Positions 50,731 to 62,304 are shown, counted from the stretch's first letter. The stretch: 64,000 nt of DNA from an uncultured Chloroflexia bacterium (GCA_963734535.1 CAVTHS010000004.1:128001-192000); one strand, 5' to 3'. The notes: a model not told the origin generated them from the sequence alone. Numbers and translations: made by a program.

Positions 50731-51876
50731 TCAGTGCACCGCCGCCCCGACGAGGCTGCCGAGCCCGAATGTGATCGCGGCCGCCAGGAGACCGAAGGCA
50801 ACCTGCCGAGCCCCCGACCGGAACGCATCGGCACCGGTCACGATGGTGATCGCGACGCCGACCGCCATGAGCGCCGCGGCGCTGACGACGATGGACACGA
50901 TGACCGCCGGCAGGCCGCTCGCGACGAGGAAGGGCGCCACGGGCACGATCGCACCGAGGGCGAACAGGCAGAATGACGTGCCGGCCGCGACCCAGGCGGA
51001 GCCGCCGAGCGCATCCGGGTCGATGCCGAGCTCCTCCCGGGCAAGCGTGTCGAGCGCGCGGCCGGCGTCACCTGCGACGATCGAGTGGGCCGTGGTCCGC
51101 GCCTGCTCGGCCGACAGTCCCTTGGCCTGGTAGATGAGGGCGAGCTCCTCCTCTTCCTCCTCCGGGACCTGGACGAGCTCCTGACGCTCGACCGCGATCT
51201 GATGGGCATACAGCTCACGCGCACTCTGGACCGACAGCCACTCGCCGATCGCCATCGAGAGCGCGCCGGCAAGGAGGCCTGCGAAGCCCGCGACGAGGAC
51301 CGCGGCACCGCCGCCCGAGGCGCCGGCGACGCCCATTGAGAGGCTGAGGTTCGAGACCAGCCCGTCGTTGGCGCCGAGGACCGCGGCGCGCAGGGCGTTG
51401 CCGCCGCTCATCCGATGGCGCCCTTCGATCCGCGCGACGGTGCCCCCCTCGAGGCCGCGCCCGTGGGCCAGCTCGCGCAGGAGCCGGGCGTGCGACCGCT
51501 CGTCAGCGGGCATGCCCGAGGTGGCCTCGGGCTGCGCGTCGTACATCAGCTGGTCGGTCGATTCCTTCTCGGCGATCGAGGCGACGACGGCTGCCGGGCC
51601 GAACCGCCGGGCAATCCACATGAGGATCCTGGTCCGCCAGGACGGTCCGAGTGTCCCGGTGGCGATGCCCGCAGACTCCAGCCGCTCGCGCCAGACCCCG
51701 CCGTGGCGGGTCTCCACCTCTGCGAGCCGGCCGTACAGCTCCCGCAGGGCCGGGTTCGTCTCCGCGGCCGCCATCACCTCGTAGATGGCCGCCCCGTCGA
51801 TCTCACCCTGGAGGTTCTCCCGGTAGCGGGCGATGTCCGTCGCGTCGGGCGGCCCGTCCGGTCCGCTGTCGTGCAT
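50731..51876 (-). CDS. Rubrerythrin/ferritin-like + VIT1/CCC1 iron transporter fusion
   Basis: ExxH motifs (ETRH, ERSH); LRAAVLGANDGLVSN, SMAIGEWLSV, REELG. Confidence 0.9.
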   Translation of the reverse strand: MHDSGPDGPPDATDIARYRENLQGEIDGAAIYEVMAAAETNPALRELYGRLAEVETRHGGVWRERLESAGIATGTLGPSWRTRILMWIARRFGPAAVVASIAEKESTDQLMYDAQPEATSGMPADERSHARLLRELAHGRGLEGGTVARIEGRHRMSGGNALRAAVLGANDGLVSNLSLSMGVAGASGGGAAVLVAGFAGLLAGALSMAIGEWLSVQSARELYAHQIAVERQELVQVPEEEEEELALIYQAKGLSAEQARTTAHSIVAGDAGRALDTLAREELGIDPDALGGSAWVAAGTSFCLFALGAIVPVAPFLVASGLPAVIVSIVVSAAALMAVGVAITIVTGADAFRSGARQVAFGLLAAAITFGLGSLVGAAVH

Positions 51877-51929
51877 CGGTTCAGCCTACACGCCGGTCGG
51901 GCGGCACCGTCAGGCCGAAACAGGAGTGG

Positions 51930-53405
51930 TCAGGCGTTGCGTGCCTCGGGTGTTCGTCCGACGCCCGCCGTCGGCGGGCGTCGCGGCCCCGCGATCCAGA
52001 GCGCCACGGACCAGAGGCCAAGGGCGGCGAGGACCACCGGGATCAGCGCGACATAGGAGCCGGTCGTGTCGAAGGCGATCGCGCCCACGTAGACGGCCAG
52101 CGTGCCGCCGACCGGGTAGGCGACCCCCAGGAGCCCGAAGATCGACCCGAAGTTGGGCCCGCCGAATACGTCGCCGAAGGCCGCCGACCGGACCGCGATG
52201 GTCGCGCCGGTCCCAACGCCGTGCAGGAGCACCCCCGCGATCGCGAGCCCCGGCGCCGAGGCGACGAGCCCGAGCGCCGCGATGACCCCGCCGGCCACGG
52301 CGACGGCCGCCACGACGCCAACGACCCGGCGCCCGATCCGATCGGAGAGCCCTCCGCCGACGATCTGCCCGCCGACGTAGGCGAGTGACTGGAGGCCGAG
52401 CGCCGCGGCCGCCCACTCCGCGCCGAGGCCGCTCCTGATGGCGCCCGGGATGAACGCCTGGAGGACGCCCTCGTCGAATACGCCGATCGCGGCGGCCCCG
52501 GTGAAGAGGAGCCAGAAGCGCCGCGTGCGGACCACGCGCCGCACGCTGTGCGCGTGCTCGCTGCTGCCGAGCGGCGGGACCTCGAGGGCGGCCGCGACGG
52601 CGCCGGGGCCCGAGGTCTCGTGGAGGCCCGACGCGCGGGCCGCGATGCCGGCCTCCAGCGCAAGCGTCGTCGGCCGGCCGGCGCTCACGGGCTCGCCGAG
52701 GACACGTGACGGTCGCTCGACCGCGTCCGGCCGTGGCGCCACTCGCGGGGCGGCGCCCCGCACGTCGGACGGCGCCAGGGTGCGGCGGCGCTCGGCGCGG
52801 CGAGCCGGGACCACGATCGCCGGGCCGCTGGTCATGAGCCACACGAACGCCACGCCCACCAGGCAGGTCGCAAGGAAGACGAGCGACGCCGAGCGCCAGC
52901 CCGCCGTCTGGATCAGCCCGCCGGCGATGGGCAGCGCGATCGCGACCCCGATCCCGGGCCCGGCATAGGCGATCCCCAGCGCGAGGCCCGACATCCCCGC
53001 ATAGCGCCGCGCGATCGCGGTGGATGTCCCGATGAACGACAGCTGCAGCCCGAGCGCCATGAAGACCGCGTACGCCAGGATCACGAGGGAGATGTCGCGC
53101 GCGAGGTAGACGGCCAGCCAGCCCGCGGCGAGCAGCACCATGGACGCGGTCAGGAGGTCGCGGTCGGCCCATTCGTCGTATGCGCGGCCCAGGAGCGGGC
53201 TGGCGACTGCCGTCACGACGAGGAACATGGTCCAGGGCGTGACGGCGAGCGTCCGGCTGATCCCGAACTCCTGCGCGAACGCGACGGAGATGGCCGGGAA
53301 CGTGTACAGGCCGCCGTACGCGATCGCGCCGACCGTGAACGCCCCGGCGAGCGGAAGCGATAGCCGGGTCGCGCGTTTCGCGATTGGGAGGGCCACGGCG
53401 GTCAT
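51930..53405 (-). CDS. MFS transporter
   Basis: About 12 TM segments with long central loop; GGLSDRIGRR motif. Confidence 0.88.
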   Translation of the reverse strand: MTAVALPIAKRATRLSLPLAGAFTVGAIAYGGLYTFPAISVAFAQEFGISRTLAVTPWTMFLVVTAVASPLLGRAYDEWADRDLLTASMVLLAAGWLAVYLARDISLVILAYAVFMALGLQLSFIGTSTAIARRYAGMSGLALGIAYAGPGIGVAIALPIAGGLIQTAGWRSASLVFLATCLVGVAFVWLMTSGPAIVVPARRAERRRTLAPSDVRGAAPRVAPRPDAVERPSRVLGEPVSAGRPTTLALEAGIAARASGLHETSGPGAVAAALEVPPLGSSEHAHSVRRVVRTRRFWLLFTGAAAIGVFDEGVLQAFIPGAIRSGLGAEWAAAALGLQSLAYVGGQIVGGGLSDRIGRRVVGVVAAVAVAGGVIAALGLVASAPGLAIAGVLLHGVGTGATIAVRSAAFGDVFGGPNFGSIFGLLGVAYPVGGTLAVYVGAIAFDTTGSYVALIPVVLAALGLWSVALWIAGPRRPPTAGVGRTPEARNA

Positions 53406-53543
53406 CCTACGGGAGCGGTGACGCGAGTGACTCGTCGATCGCCCGCGGCAGCTGGCAGGCCTGATCGGGTTGGGCGAGAGACCGCGCGCCGGGGCGGAGA
53501 GCGTTGATTCTCTGGTCGGGTACCGTTCCCCCGGAGGCGGCGG

Positions 53544-54144
53544 ATGGTCGGGTTCTTCGACAACGCGTACCGCGACGGCGGAACGCCGACGTGGGACGTC
53601 GGGCGGCCGCAGGGTGCGGTCGTGCGCCTCGCACGGACGGGTCTCGTCACGGGGTCCGTCCTCGACGCGGGCTGCGGGACCGGCGAGAACGCGCTCCATC
53701 TCGCCGAGCTCGGGCACGCGGTGCTGGGCGTGGACTTCGCGGTCGCGGCGATCGAACGCGCCGCCGCGAAGGCCGCCGGACCGCGGCCTGCCCGTCGAGT
53801 TCCGCGTCGCGGACGCGCTCGATCTCGCCGCGCTCGAGAGGACGTTCGACACGGTCCTCGACGTCGGGCTCTTCCACACGTTCGAGGATGCCGAGCGCAC
53901 CCGGTACGCCGCGAGCCTCGCGGGCGCGCTCCGACCGGGCGGGCGGGCCTTCCTGCTCTGCTGGAGCGACCGCAACCCGTTCGGGCGCGGCCCGCGGCGG
54001 ATCTCGCGGCGGGAGATCCGGGAGACATTCCGCGAGGGGTGGCAGGTGGAGGCGATCGACCCCGAGTGGCTCGACACGCGCCTCCCGGACGGTCGCATCC
54101 ACGCCTGGCTGGCGCGGATCACCCGGGTCGGCGCCGGGACGTAG
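53544..54144 (+). CDS. Class I SAM-dependent methyltransferase (frameshift near 53780)
   Basis: GGAGG RBS; PTWDVGRPQ, VLDAGCGTGEN; second frame FDTVLDVGLFH, LRPGG. Confidence 0.85.
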
Positions 54145-54236
54145 GGCGCTGATACGGGCGCAGGGCGCGGGGCGGGGGCGGGCCGGCGTCCGGGGAGCGA
54201 CCCCCGGTGCGGCACACACTCCTCGCTAATGCCTCG

Positions 54237-54426
54237 CCCCTGATCACTAACCGGGACGAGTGGACCCCCGCGCCGCCCGGGACACGCGCTGAGCCGACAG
54301 TGGCCGGTGATTCCGTCGCTTGTGCGTCGCGGGCGCAGCATTCGCGAGGGTCCGGAAGCCCGAAACGGGCTCCCGGGGCCTACGAGGGCGACCAGCGATG
54401 GCCCCGTTCTGGTTAGTGATCTGGGG
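54237..54426. repeat. About 190-bp intergenic element with imperfect terminal inverted repeats (MITE/REP-like)
   Basis: ccccTGATCACTAACCgggacg at left versus cgttctGGTTAGTGATCtgggg at right (11-bp perfect core). Confidence 0.5.
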
Positions 54427-54558
54427 GCCATCAACACCGAGGATCCCCGCCCGGGACGGACGGTCGGCTCGAACCCGGGCGCGCACGTCGCGACCCGCGG
54501 CGACGCCGGCCCGGGACACGTCATGGCACGCTCGCGGCAGGCCGGGTATGCTCCCGCC

Positions 54559-54645
54559 GTGAACCAGCCCGAATTGCAGATCGGACCCCGCTGCTCCTGT
54601 CGCCGGCGAGTACCGGTGCAGGGTGCGCGAGCGGTCGGCTGCTGA
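54559..54645 (+). CDS. Putative leaderless Cys-containing leader peptide (28 aa)
   Basis: TATGCT -10 six nt upstream of GTG; MNQPELQIGPRCSCRRRVPVQGARAVGC*; precedes cysteine operon. Confidence 0.55.
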   Translation: MNQPELQIGPRCSCRRRVPVQGARAVGC

Positions 54646-54745
54646 TCGACCGGCACCCACACCGGGGCTCGCGACTCCTCGCGACGTACGAGCGGCGCTT
54701 CATGTCGCCGCTCACCGGCCCGCGTCCCCCGGAGGTTCCCGTCTC

Positions 54746-55259
54746 GTGTCCAGCATCCTCACCCCACCAGCCCGCCAGGTCGATCCGCGCGGCCAGCGCT
54801 TCGGCGCAGGCGTCTCGGCGGTCGTCCTGGTCGTCGCGCTCTGGCTCACCATGCCCTGGCTCGCCGTGCTCGTCGGCTTCAATCTCGGCGTCTCGGCCGC
54901 GTTCGGAACGCGTCTCTTCCTGCCCGGCCGCCTGTGGCCGGTGATCCGGCGAACGCTCCGGCTTCGCCCGGCGGCGCTCGAGCACGAGTACCCGCCCCGC
55001 TTCGCACAGGCCCTGGGCGCCACGGTCATCGGGCTCGGCGCGATCGCCTTCGTGGCTGGGGCGACGCTGCTCGGCCTGGCTCCTCGTGGGCGCCGTTGCC
55101 GGCCTCCAGGTCCTGCTCGCATCCACCGGGATCTGCGTCGGCTGCCGCCTCTACGTCCTCCGCTGGTGGGTGCCCGCCCAGTTCGCACGCCTCTTCCGAC
55201 GAGCCGATCGGCTCGTCGGTCCAACCGTCGGCCCGCCGATCAGCTATCGCGATCGATAG
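54746..55259 (+). CDS. DUF4395 membrane protein (frameshift near 55075)
   Basis: GGAGG upstream; [19 protein letters not shown]; second frame [10 protein letters not shown]. Confidence 0.8.
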
Positions 55260-55287
55260 GCCGGCCGAACACCCAGGAGTCGACGCC

Positions 55288-56136
55288 ATGAGCCCGCCCC
55301 ACGATCGCGACCATGCCTTCGCTGCGACCCTCGCCGATGAGCGACGCGAAGGCGACCGGGGATTCCCGCTCAAGCGCGACGTCGCGGTCTTCGTCGACGA
55401 GCTGCTGGGGATCCTCTTCGGGCAGCTCTCCGAGGGCGCGGCCGGCACGGCCGACGAGCTGCAGGCGCGGCTCACGCTGGCCGTGCGCGATCTTCGCCGG
55501 CTGGTCGCGCCCCTCGCCGAGGCGGGCGCGGCCAGCCGGATCGTGGACGCCTTCGCTGACGCGCTGCCGGACATCCACGACCGGCTCGGGCAGGACGCCC
55601 AGGCCATCGCCGACGGCGACCCCGCCGCCGAGAGCCTGGACGAGGTGATCGCGGCCTACCCCGGCTTTCTCGCGATCGCCATCCATCGGATCGCCCACGA
55701 GCTGTGCGGGCTGGGCGTCCCGATCCTGCCGCGGCTCCTCGCCGAGGTGGCCCACACGCGGACCGGGATCGACATCCACCCCGGGGCGACGATCGGCCGG
55801 TCGTTCTGCATCGATCACGGCACCGGAATCGTGATCGGCGAGACGGCGGTGATCGGCAACGACGTCAAGCTCTACCAGGGCGTCACGCTGGGCGCGCTCT
55901 CCGTCGCGAAGAGCGCCGCCGGCACGAAGCGCCACCCGACCATCGAGGACCGCGCGGTCCTCTACGCCAACGCGACGGTCCTCGGCGGCGACACCGTCAT
56001 CGGCCACGACAGCGTGGTCGGCGGGAACGTGTTCCTGACCGCGAGCCTCCCGCCCGATTCCGTCGTCTACCAGTCCAGCCAGGTCCGCGTCCGTCGCGTC
56101 CGCGACGGGTTCGAGGACTCCGACTTCGTCATCTGA
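55288..56136 (+). CDS. cysE: Serine O-acetyltransferase
   Basis: AGGAG RBS; [39 protein letters not shown]. Confidence 0.92.
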   Translation: MSPPHDRDHAFAATLADERREGDRGFPLKRDVAVFVDELLGILFGQLSEGAAGTADELQARLTLAVRDLRRLVAPLAEAGAASRIVDAFADALPDIHDRLGQDAQAIADGDPAAESLDEVIAAYPGFLAIAIHRIAHELCGLGVPILPRLLAEVAHTRTGIDIHPGATIGRSFCIDHGTGIVIGETAVIGNDVKLYQGVTLGALSVAKSAAGTKRHPTIEDRAVLYANATVLGGDTVIGHDSVVGGNVFLTASLPPDSVVYQSSQVRVRRVRDGFEDSDFVI

Positions 56137-56149
56137 AGGAGACCGCTCG

Positions 56150-57064
56150 ATGAAGGCCGATTCCATCCTCGCCACGATCGGCGAGACACCCCACCTGCGG
56201 ATCAACCGTCTCTTCGACCCCCGCGTCGAGGTGTGGGCGAAGCTCGAGCGGGCCAACCCGGGCGGCAGCATCAAGGACCGGATCGCGCTCTCGATGATCG
56301 AGGACGCCGAGGCCCGCGGGATCATTGGTCCGGGCTCGGTGGTCATCGAACCGACGTCGGGCAACACCGGCATCGGCCTCGCGCTCGTGTGTGCCGTCAA
56401 GGGCTACCGGCTCATCCTGACCATGCCCGAGTCGATGTCGATCGAACGTCGCAAGCTGATGACCGGCTACGGCGCGGAGCTGGAGCTGACGCCGCGGGAG
56501 CTCGGCATGAATGGCTCGATCGCGCGCGCCAGGGAGCTGGCGGCCGAGATCCCGGGCGCCTGGATCCCGATGCAGTTCGAGAACCCCGCGAACGTCGAGG
56601 CACATCGGCGCACGACGGCGGCCGAGATCCTGCGCGACTTCCCGGAGGGCCTGGACTACATCGTCACCGGCGTCGGGACCGGCGGTCACATCACGGGCGT
56701 CGCCGAGGTGCTGAAGCCGCTCTGGCCGAAGCTCCGCGTGTTCGCCGTGGAGCCGACCCTCTCGCCGGTGCTCTCGGGCGGCACCCACAGCCCGCACTCG
56801 ATCCAGGGGATCGGCGCCGGGTTCATCCCGGCGGTGATGCGAACGGACCTCCTCGACGGGATCCTCCAGGTTGCACCGGAGGACGCGATGACCTACGCAC
56901 GCCGCGCCGCCCGCGAAGAGGGTCTCCTCATCGGCGTTTCGTCCGGGGCCTCGCTGGCGGCCGTCGCGCAGCTCCTCCCGCAGGTCGCGGATGGCGCGAC
57001 GATCCTCACGTTCTCCTACGACACCGGCGAGCGCTACCTCTCGGTCGACGCGCTCTGGGGCTGA
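56150..57064 (+). CDS. cysK: Cysteine synthase A
   Basis: [49 protein letters not shown]. Confidence 0.96.
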   Translation: MKADSILATIGETPHLRINRLFDPRVEVWAKLERANPGGSIKDRIALSMIEDAEARGIIGPGSVVIEPTSGNTGIGLALVCAVKGYRLILTMPESMSIERRKLMTGYGAELELTPRELGMNGSIARARELAAEIPGAWIPMQFENPANVEAHRRTTAAEILRDFPEGLDYIVTGVGTGGHITGVAEVLKPLWPKLRVFAVEPTLSPVLSGGTHSPHSIQGIGAGFIPAVMRTDLLDGILQVAPEDAMTYARRAAREEGLLIGVSSGASLAAVAQLLPQVADGATILTFSYDTGERYLSVDALWG

Positions 57065-57105
57065 TGCCCGAAGCCGACGGTCAGGTTGGGCCGGCCGCCG
57101 GGAAG

Positions 57106-58932
57106 TCAGGGTCCTCCTTCGGGCCGGCCGGGCCGTCCTCCGGGCCGGCGTCCGGCGAGGCCAGCCGCGTCCTCCCAGTCGAGCCACGGGACGTCGTGCC
57201 CGGCGAGGTACGCCTTGACGGCCGTCCCCACGGTCGGGTGGAAGGACGTGTCGCCGAGGCGCTGGTAGACCCCGTAGCCCCGGAGCCGGTCCTTGACGTG
57301 CCCCTTCATCTCGGCGAAATGGAGCTCGATGCCGGCCAGCGCCAGGTCGGTGATCAGCTCATCGAGTGCGTCCGCGGCCGTCGTATCGACGTCGGTCACC
57401 GGCTCGGCACAGACGACCAGCCAGCGAACCGGCGGCTGCACTCCGCGGACCACCGCCCGCGCCCGGATCCGGAACAGGTCCGCGTTGGCGAAGAACAGCG
57501 GCGCGTCCCACCGGTAGAGGAGGAGGCCGGGCACCTGGAGCGCGTCCGGGTGTCGTTCGATATCGTGATAGCCCTTGTAGTTGCGCACCCGTCCCAGGAT
57601 CGCTTCGTGCGGCCGCCAGGCATGCCGGATGAATTCCAGGAGCGAGAGCCCCACGGCGATCCCGATCCCGGGCAGGACTCCAAAGAGGACGACGCCAAGG
57701 AAGCTGACCATCGACAGTCCGAACTCCGAGCGGCGAAGGCGCAGGAGGCGTCGCGCACCCGCGAGATCGAACAGGCCGAGCGCCGCGGCGATCACGATCG
57801 CCGCGAGCGCCGTCGATGGGAGGTTGGTGAGCAGCCCTGGCTCCACCACCAGCAGGAGGACGACGACGCCCGCGCCCACCAGTCCGGTCACCTGCGTCCT
57901 TGCGCCGGCCGCCTCCGCGACCGGGGTCCGCGTGGCGCTGCTGCTGACCGGGAATCCGCCGATGAGCGCGCCTGCGACGTTCGCGACTCCCAACGCAACG
58001 AGCTCATGGTCCGGATCGACGGAGTCGCCGCGGCGGGCGGCGAACGTCCGGGAGATGACGCTCGTGTCGGTGAACGCGATGAGGGCAATCCCGAACGCAC
58101 CCGGGACCAGGGCGAGAAGGTCGGCCAGGCTGACGGCGGGGACCCCCGTGGCGGCGAAGCCGCGCGGGACCGCGCCGACCACGGCCAGCTGGTTCGCGAG
58201 CCCGAGGAACGTCACCGCGAGGGTGGCCAGGATGACCGCGATGAGGATCCCCGGGAGGCCCCGCGAGACGCGGCGCAGCACCAACGTCACGACGAGCGCG
58301 CCGCCCCCGATCAGCAGTGCGACGGGCACCGCCCGGCCGTCGACGACTCCCCGGACAATCCCGATCGAGTCCCCCAGGAAGTCGGACCCGGAGACCGAGA
58401 AGCCCAGCAGCTTCGGGACCTGGCTCACGATGACGGTCAGGGCGATCCCGTTCATGTAGCCGAGGCGGACCGGCCGAGAGAGCAGGTCGGTCAGGAAGCC
58501 GAGGCGCGCCGAGGCCGCCGCCATGCAGATCGCGCCCACCATGAGCGCCAGCGCCGCGGCCAGGGCAACCGAGCGACCGACATCGCCGCCGGCGAGCGGG
58601 ACGATCGTCGCCGCGATAGGCGCGATGAGCGCCGAATCCGGGCCGAGCACGAGGATCCGCGACGGCCCAACGAGGAAGTACGCGACGAGGGGCCCGACCG
58701 TGGCGTACAAGCCGGTGATCGCCGGGAGGCCGGCCGCCTGTGCGTACGCCATTCCGGCCGGGACCAGGAGTGCCGACAGGACGATCCCGGCGACCAGGTC
58801 CGCGCGGAACGAGGCGAGCCCATAGCCGCGGAGGGCCGTGAGGATGGGAAAGGCACGCATCGCGGCGCTCCGCGGATCGCGCGGCGGGCGCGTCTCCGGC
58901 GGCGAGTGGACCTCGGGCGGATCGACCGACAC
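57106..58932 (-). CDS. SulP/SLC26 anion permease with STAS domain
   Basis: ADLVAG, PAGMAYA, GLYA, GPDS, ELVALGVAN, SSSATRT, APLFFANA, DVDTTA. Confidence 0.92.
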   Translation of the reverse strand: MSVDPPEVHSPPETRPPRDPRSAAMRAFPILTALRGYGLASFRADLVAGIVLSALLVPAGMAYAQAAGLPAITGLYATVGPLVAYFLVGPSRILVLGPDSALIAPIAATIVPLAGGDVGRSVALAAALALMVGAICMAAASARLGFLTDLLSRPVRLGYMNGIALTVIVSQVPKLLGFSVSGSDFLGDSIGIVRGVVDGRAVPVALLIGGGALVVTLVLRRVSRGLPGILIAVILATLAVTFLGLANQLAVVGAVPRGFAATGVPAVSLADLLALVPGAFGIALIAFTDTSVISRTFAARRGDSVDPDHELVALGVANVAGALIGGFPVSSSATRTPVAEAAGARTQVTGLVGAGVVVLLLVVEPGLLTNLPSTALAAIVIAAALGLFDLAGARRLLRLRRSEFGLSMVSFLGVVLFGVLPGIGIAVGLSLLEFIRHAWRPHEAILGRVRNYKGYHDIERHPDALQVPGLLLYRWDAPLFFANADLFRIRARAVVRGVQPPVRWLVVCAEPVTDVDTTAADALDELITDLALAGIELHFAEMKGHVKDRLRGYGVYQRLGDTSFHPTVGTAVKAYLAGHDVPWLDWEDAAGLAGRRPGGRPGRPEGGP

Positions 58933-59136
58933 GCCTCATTGCCTCGCGCATTGCGGCGACGCCCGGTGGGCAGGCCGCGTCCCGGCCATGATGCCGCACG
59001 CGGGTTCGCGCGCGCGTGGCGCGGGGCGCGCGGCCGGGCGCGCGCGGCGCGGGGCGGGGCGTGGGCGCGGGACGACGTGCCCGGGCTGATGGCGCGCCAC
59101 CAGGCCTGCCGGCAGGAACCTGCGAAGATCGGGCCC

Positions 59137-59605
59137 ATGACCGATCGCATCAGCGCCGGGATCCTCCTGCATCGACATCGGGGCGGGCGCCTCGAGGTGC
59201 TCCTGGCCCACCCGGGCGGACCGTTTCACGCGAACCGGGACCTGGGCGCCTGGACGATCCCGAAGGGCGAGGCCGATCCCGGGGAGGACCTGGTGGACGT
59301 CGCGCGTCGCGAGTTCGCCGAGGAGACAGGCCACCCGTCACCGGCCGACGAGCCGACCCCACTCGGAACGATCCGGCAGCGCGGCGGGCAAGCTCGTCCA
59401 CGCCTGGGCGCTGCGCGGCGACCTCGATCCGGCCGCGGCACGCAGCAACACGTTCAGCCTGGAGTGGCCACCCAGGTCGGGCCGGCTGGAATCGTTCCCG
59501 GAGATCGATCGCGTGGCCTGGTTCGACCTCGGCGAAGCGCGCCTTCGCCTGAAGGACGCGCAGGTGGCCTTCCTGGATCGGCTGGTCGAGGCCCTGGGTG
59601 GCTGA
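59137..59605 (+). CDS. NUDIX hydrolase (frameshift near 59385)
   Basis: SAGILL, LAHPGGP, PKGE..ARREFAEETG; continuation SNTFSLEWPPRSG..FPEIDR in next frame. Confidence 0.85.
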
Positions 59606-59899
59606 CCGGGGTCCGTCGCGCGGGAACACGGTCACCGGGCTGCGTCCCACGGATCGCGCGGGCCGCCGCGGGGCCCCAGGCCCGGTCGCGCCTCGCCAGT
59701 CGTACACTGCAGGGCGAGCCTCGATCCGCTCGAACCCATCGTTTCGACCCACCGGAGGCATTCGCTTGTCCCGCTTCACCGACGCGCTGGCCTGCTGGGG
59801 CGCCCCCGGCTGCCCGTGCACGATCGGGGAGGGAGCACCGCACGGTTCCTGCCCACCGCGCGTCGGGTGCACGCCATCCTGACGCCGGCAGGCCCGAGC

Positions 59900-60554
59900 G
59901 TGGGCCGCGCTCGGTGCGCTCGGCATCTCGACGGACGCCGCCACGGGGCGGCACTCGTCGCCCTGCTCGTCGGGCTGGTCGTCGCATCCTGCAGTGGACC
60001 CGCGGCCACGGGTAGTGCCACGGACAGCAACGCGCCCTCCGGTTCTCCCGCGGCGTCCGCGAGCGTCGCGTCGCAGCCGATCGCGAGCGTCGCGTCGCCT
60101 CCGGCCGGCGTCCGCGAGCGTCGCGTCGCCCGCCGCGTCCGACGCGAGCGCGGGGGCGACCCCATCGGCGTCGGGTGCGCAGGGCGACTTCACCGGCGGA
60201 ACGGCCATCGCGAGCCTGACGCTTCCCGGCGGTACCGTCGGGTACGCCGGCGGCTCCTGCGAGCACGGTCCGGGCAATGACTGGGTGGCCGTCAACATCG
60301 GCCAGCCGAACGGACCCGAGTATTTCGGGTTGACCGCGGGACGCAGCCCCTACGGCGCATCGGACGTCCGGACGGCGACCGGCGGCGGGACCCTGAAAGG
60401 GGACGCCGTGCTGATCACGTACCGCCACACGGGCACCTCGTTCGTGCTCGACCACGACAGCGCCTCCGTCTTCCTCTTCGTCGACACATCGGGCGGCACG
60501 TTCACCGGCCACCTGGCCGACGGCACGAACGTGAGCGGCACCTTCCGCTGCTGA
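59900..60554 (+). CDS. Lipoprotein of unknown function (frameshift near 60110; start uncertain)
   Basis: Lipobox VVASC, ASVAS repeats, beta-rich domain ending GTFRC. Confidence 0.6.
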
Positions 60555-60649
60555 TCCGCGTCGCCGGGTCGTCCGCTCCCGGGTCGTCCGCACCGGCTTC
60601 GTCCTCGTTGCGACCGCGCAGCCTCATGCGACCACGGGACAGCGCGGCG

Positions 60650-61933
60650 TCAGTCGTCCGCGCGGACCTCGGCCAGGCGCCGCGCGAGGAAGGCCCGCTC
60701 CGTCTGGTTGCCGGCCAGGTCCACGGCGCGTCGGTAGGCGCGCCGCGGCCTCGTCACGCCGCCCGACACGACGCAGGAGGTCGGCGCGGGCGGCGTGGAA
60801 CAGGTGGTATCCGTCGAGCGCACCCTCCGACTCGCAGCGCGTCCATGAGGACAAGCCCGGCGCGTGGCCCGTCGGCCATCGCCACGGCGACCGCACGATT
60901 GAGCTCGACGACCGGGGTCGGCACCTCGCGCGACCAGCGCGTCGTAGAGCCCGACGATGGCGCGCCAGTCGGTCTCGTCGGCACGCCGGGCCCGGGCGTG
61001 ACCGGCCGCGATCGCGGCCTGGAGCAGGTACGGTCCGGGGCGCATGCCGCCGACCGCGAGAGCCGCGGCGAGGGCCCGGTCGACGAGCGCCAGCCCTTCC
61101 GCGATCTCGACGCGATCCCAGCGACCGCGATCCTGGTCCTCGAGCAGCGTCAGCGAGCCGTCCGCACCGACACGGGCGTCGCGGCGCGAGTCCTGGAGCA
61201 GGAGCAGGGCGAGGAGCCCAACGGTCTCGGCCTGCTCGGGCATGAGCTCCGCCACCAGCCGCGCCAGCCGGATCGCCTCGGCACACAGCTCGCGGCGGAC
61301 CAGCGCGTCGCCTGCCGTGGCGCTGTACCCCTCGTTGAAGACCAGGTAGAGGACCGCGAGCACGCCGTCGAGCCGCTCGGGCAGGAGCTCGTCGGGAGGC
61401 ACCCGGTACGGGATCCCGGCGTCGCGTATCTTCTTCTTGGCCCGGACCAGTCGCTGGGCGAGCGTGGCCTCGGGAACCAGGAAGGCACGCGCGATCTCGG
61501 GCGTGGTGAGGCCGCCGAGCGTTCGCAGGGTGAGCGCGACGCGGGCGTCCATCGCGAGAGCCGGATGGCAGCAGGTGAACACCAGGCGAAGCCGATCGTC
61601 GCCGAGGCGGCTGTCGCTCCCGAGGCGCACGTCGTCCTCCTGTCCTCCGCCGTCGACGAGGGCGCGCTCGATCTCGGCGAGCTTCAGGGCCTGGCGACGT
61701 GCCCGGCGGATCCGGTCGAGGGCGCGGTTTCGCGCCGTGGTGGTGATCCATGCCCCTGGGTTGCGCGGAACGCCATCCCGCGGCCAGGTCTCGAGCGCGG
61801 CCACGAACGCGTCGGAGAGCGCCTCCTCGGCCAGGTCGAAGTCGCCCAGGACGCGGATGAGCGTCGCGAGGACCCGACCGGACTCGTCACGGAAGGCCCG
61901 CTCGACGTGCTCGCGGACCGCGTCGGCGGTCAG
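60650..61933 (-). CDS. ECF sigma factor with C-terminal TPR-like extension (ECF42/DUF6596 type); three compensating indels at about 60740-60930
   Basis: [66 protein letters not shown]. Confidence 0.88.
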   Translation of the reverse strand: MTADAVREHVERAFRDESGRVLATLIRVLGDFDLAEEALSDAFVAALETWPRDGVPRNPGAWITTTARNRALDRIRRARRQALKLAEIERALVDGGGQEDDVRLGSDSRLGDDRLRLVFTCCHPALAMDARVALTLRTLGGLTTPEIARAFLVPEATLAQRLVRAKKKIRDAGIPYRVPPDELLPERLDGVLAVLYLVFNEGYSATAGDALVRRELCAEAIRLARLVAELMPEQAETVGLLALLLLQDSRRDARVGADGSLTLLEDQDRGRWDRVEIAEGLALVDRALAAALAVGGMRPGPYLLQAAIAAGHARARRADETDWRAIVGLYDALVARGADPGRRAQSCGRRGDGRRATRRACPHGRAASRRVRSTDTTCSTPPAPTSCVVSGGVTRPRRAYRRAVDLAGNQTERAFLARRLAEVRADD

Positions 61934-62304
61934 CCGGCCGCCCCCGCGCCCGCGACGTCCGAATCGCCCATGTCGAGGATCGGCCGGACCTCGACCGAGC
62001 CGTACGCCGCGCCCGGGCAGCGGCCGGCCGCTTCGAGCGCCGCGTCGAGGTTCGGGCACTCCACGATGTAGTACCCGCCCAGGACCTCCTTCGTCTCGGC
62101 GTACGGCCCGTCGGTGGTCAACGTGCGGCCGTCGTGGACCCGGACGGTCGTGGCAGCCGTGGACGGGGCCAGCGGCTCTCCTCCCTTGTAGATGCCGGTG
62201 TCGATCATCCACTGCGTGTAGGCATTCCAGGGTCCCATGTCCGGCATCGGCGCGCCCTGGGCCGGCCCCATCTCGGGCCCGTAGATGAGAAGCATGTAGC
62301 GCAT
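61930..62304 (-). CDS. YciI/DGPF-family protein
   Basis: AGGAGGAG RBS; [29 protein letters not shown]. Confidence 0.92.
   Translation of the reverse strand: MRYMLLIYGPEMGPAQGAPMPDMGPWNAYTQWMIDTGIYKGGEPLAPSTAATTVRVHDGRTLTTDGPYAETKEVLGGYYIVECPNLDAALEAAGRCPGAAYGSVEVRPILDMGDSDVAGAGAAG

Noticed and set aside
54156-54182. G-quadruplex-like runs (also about 59030-59072)
   Set aside because: Expected by chance at this GC content; no other support.
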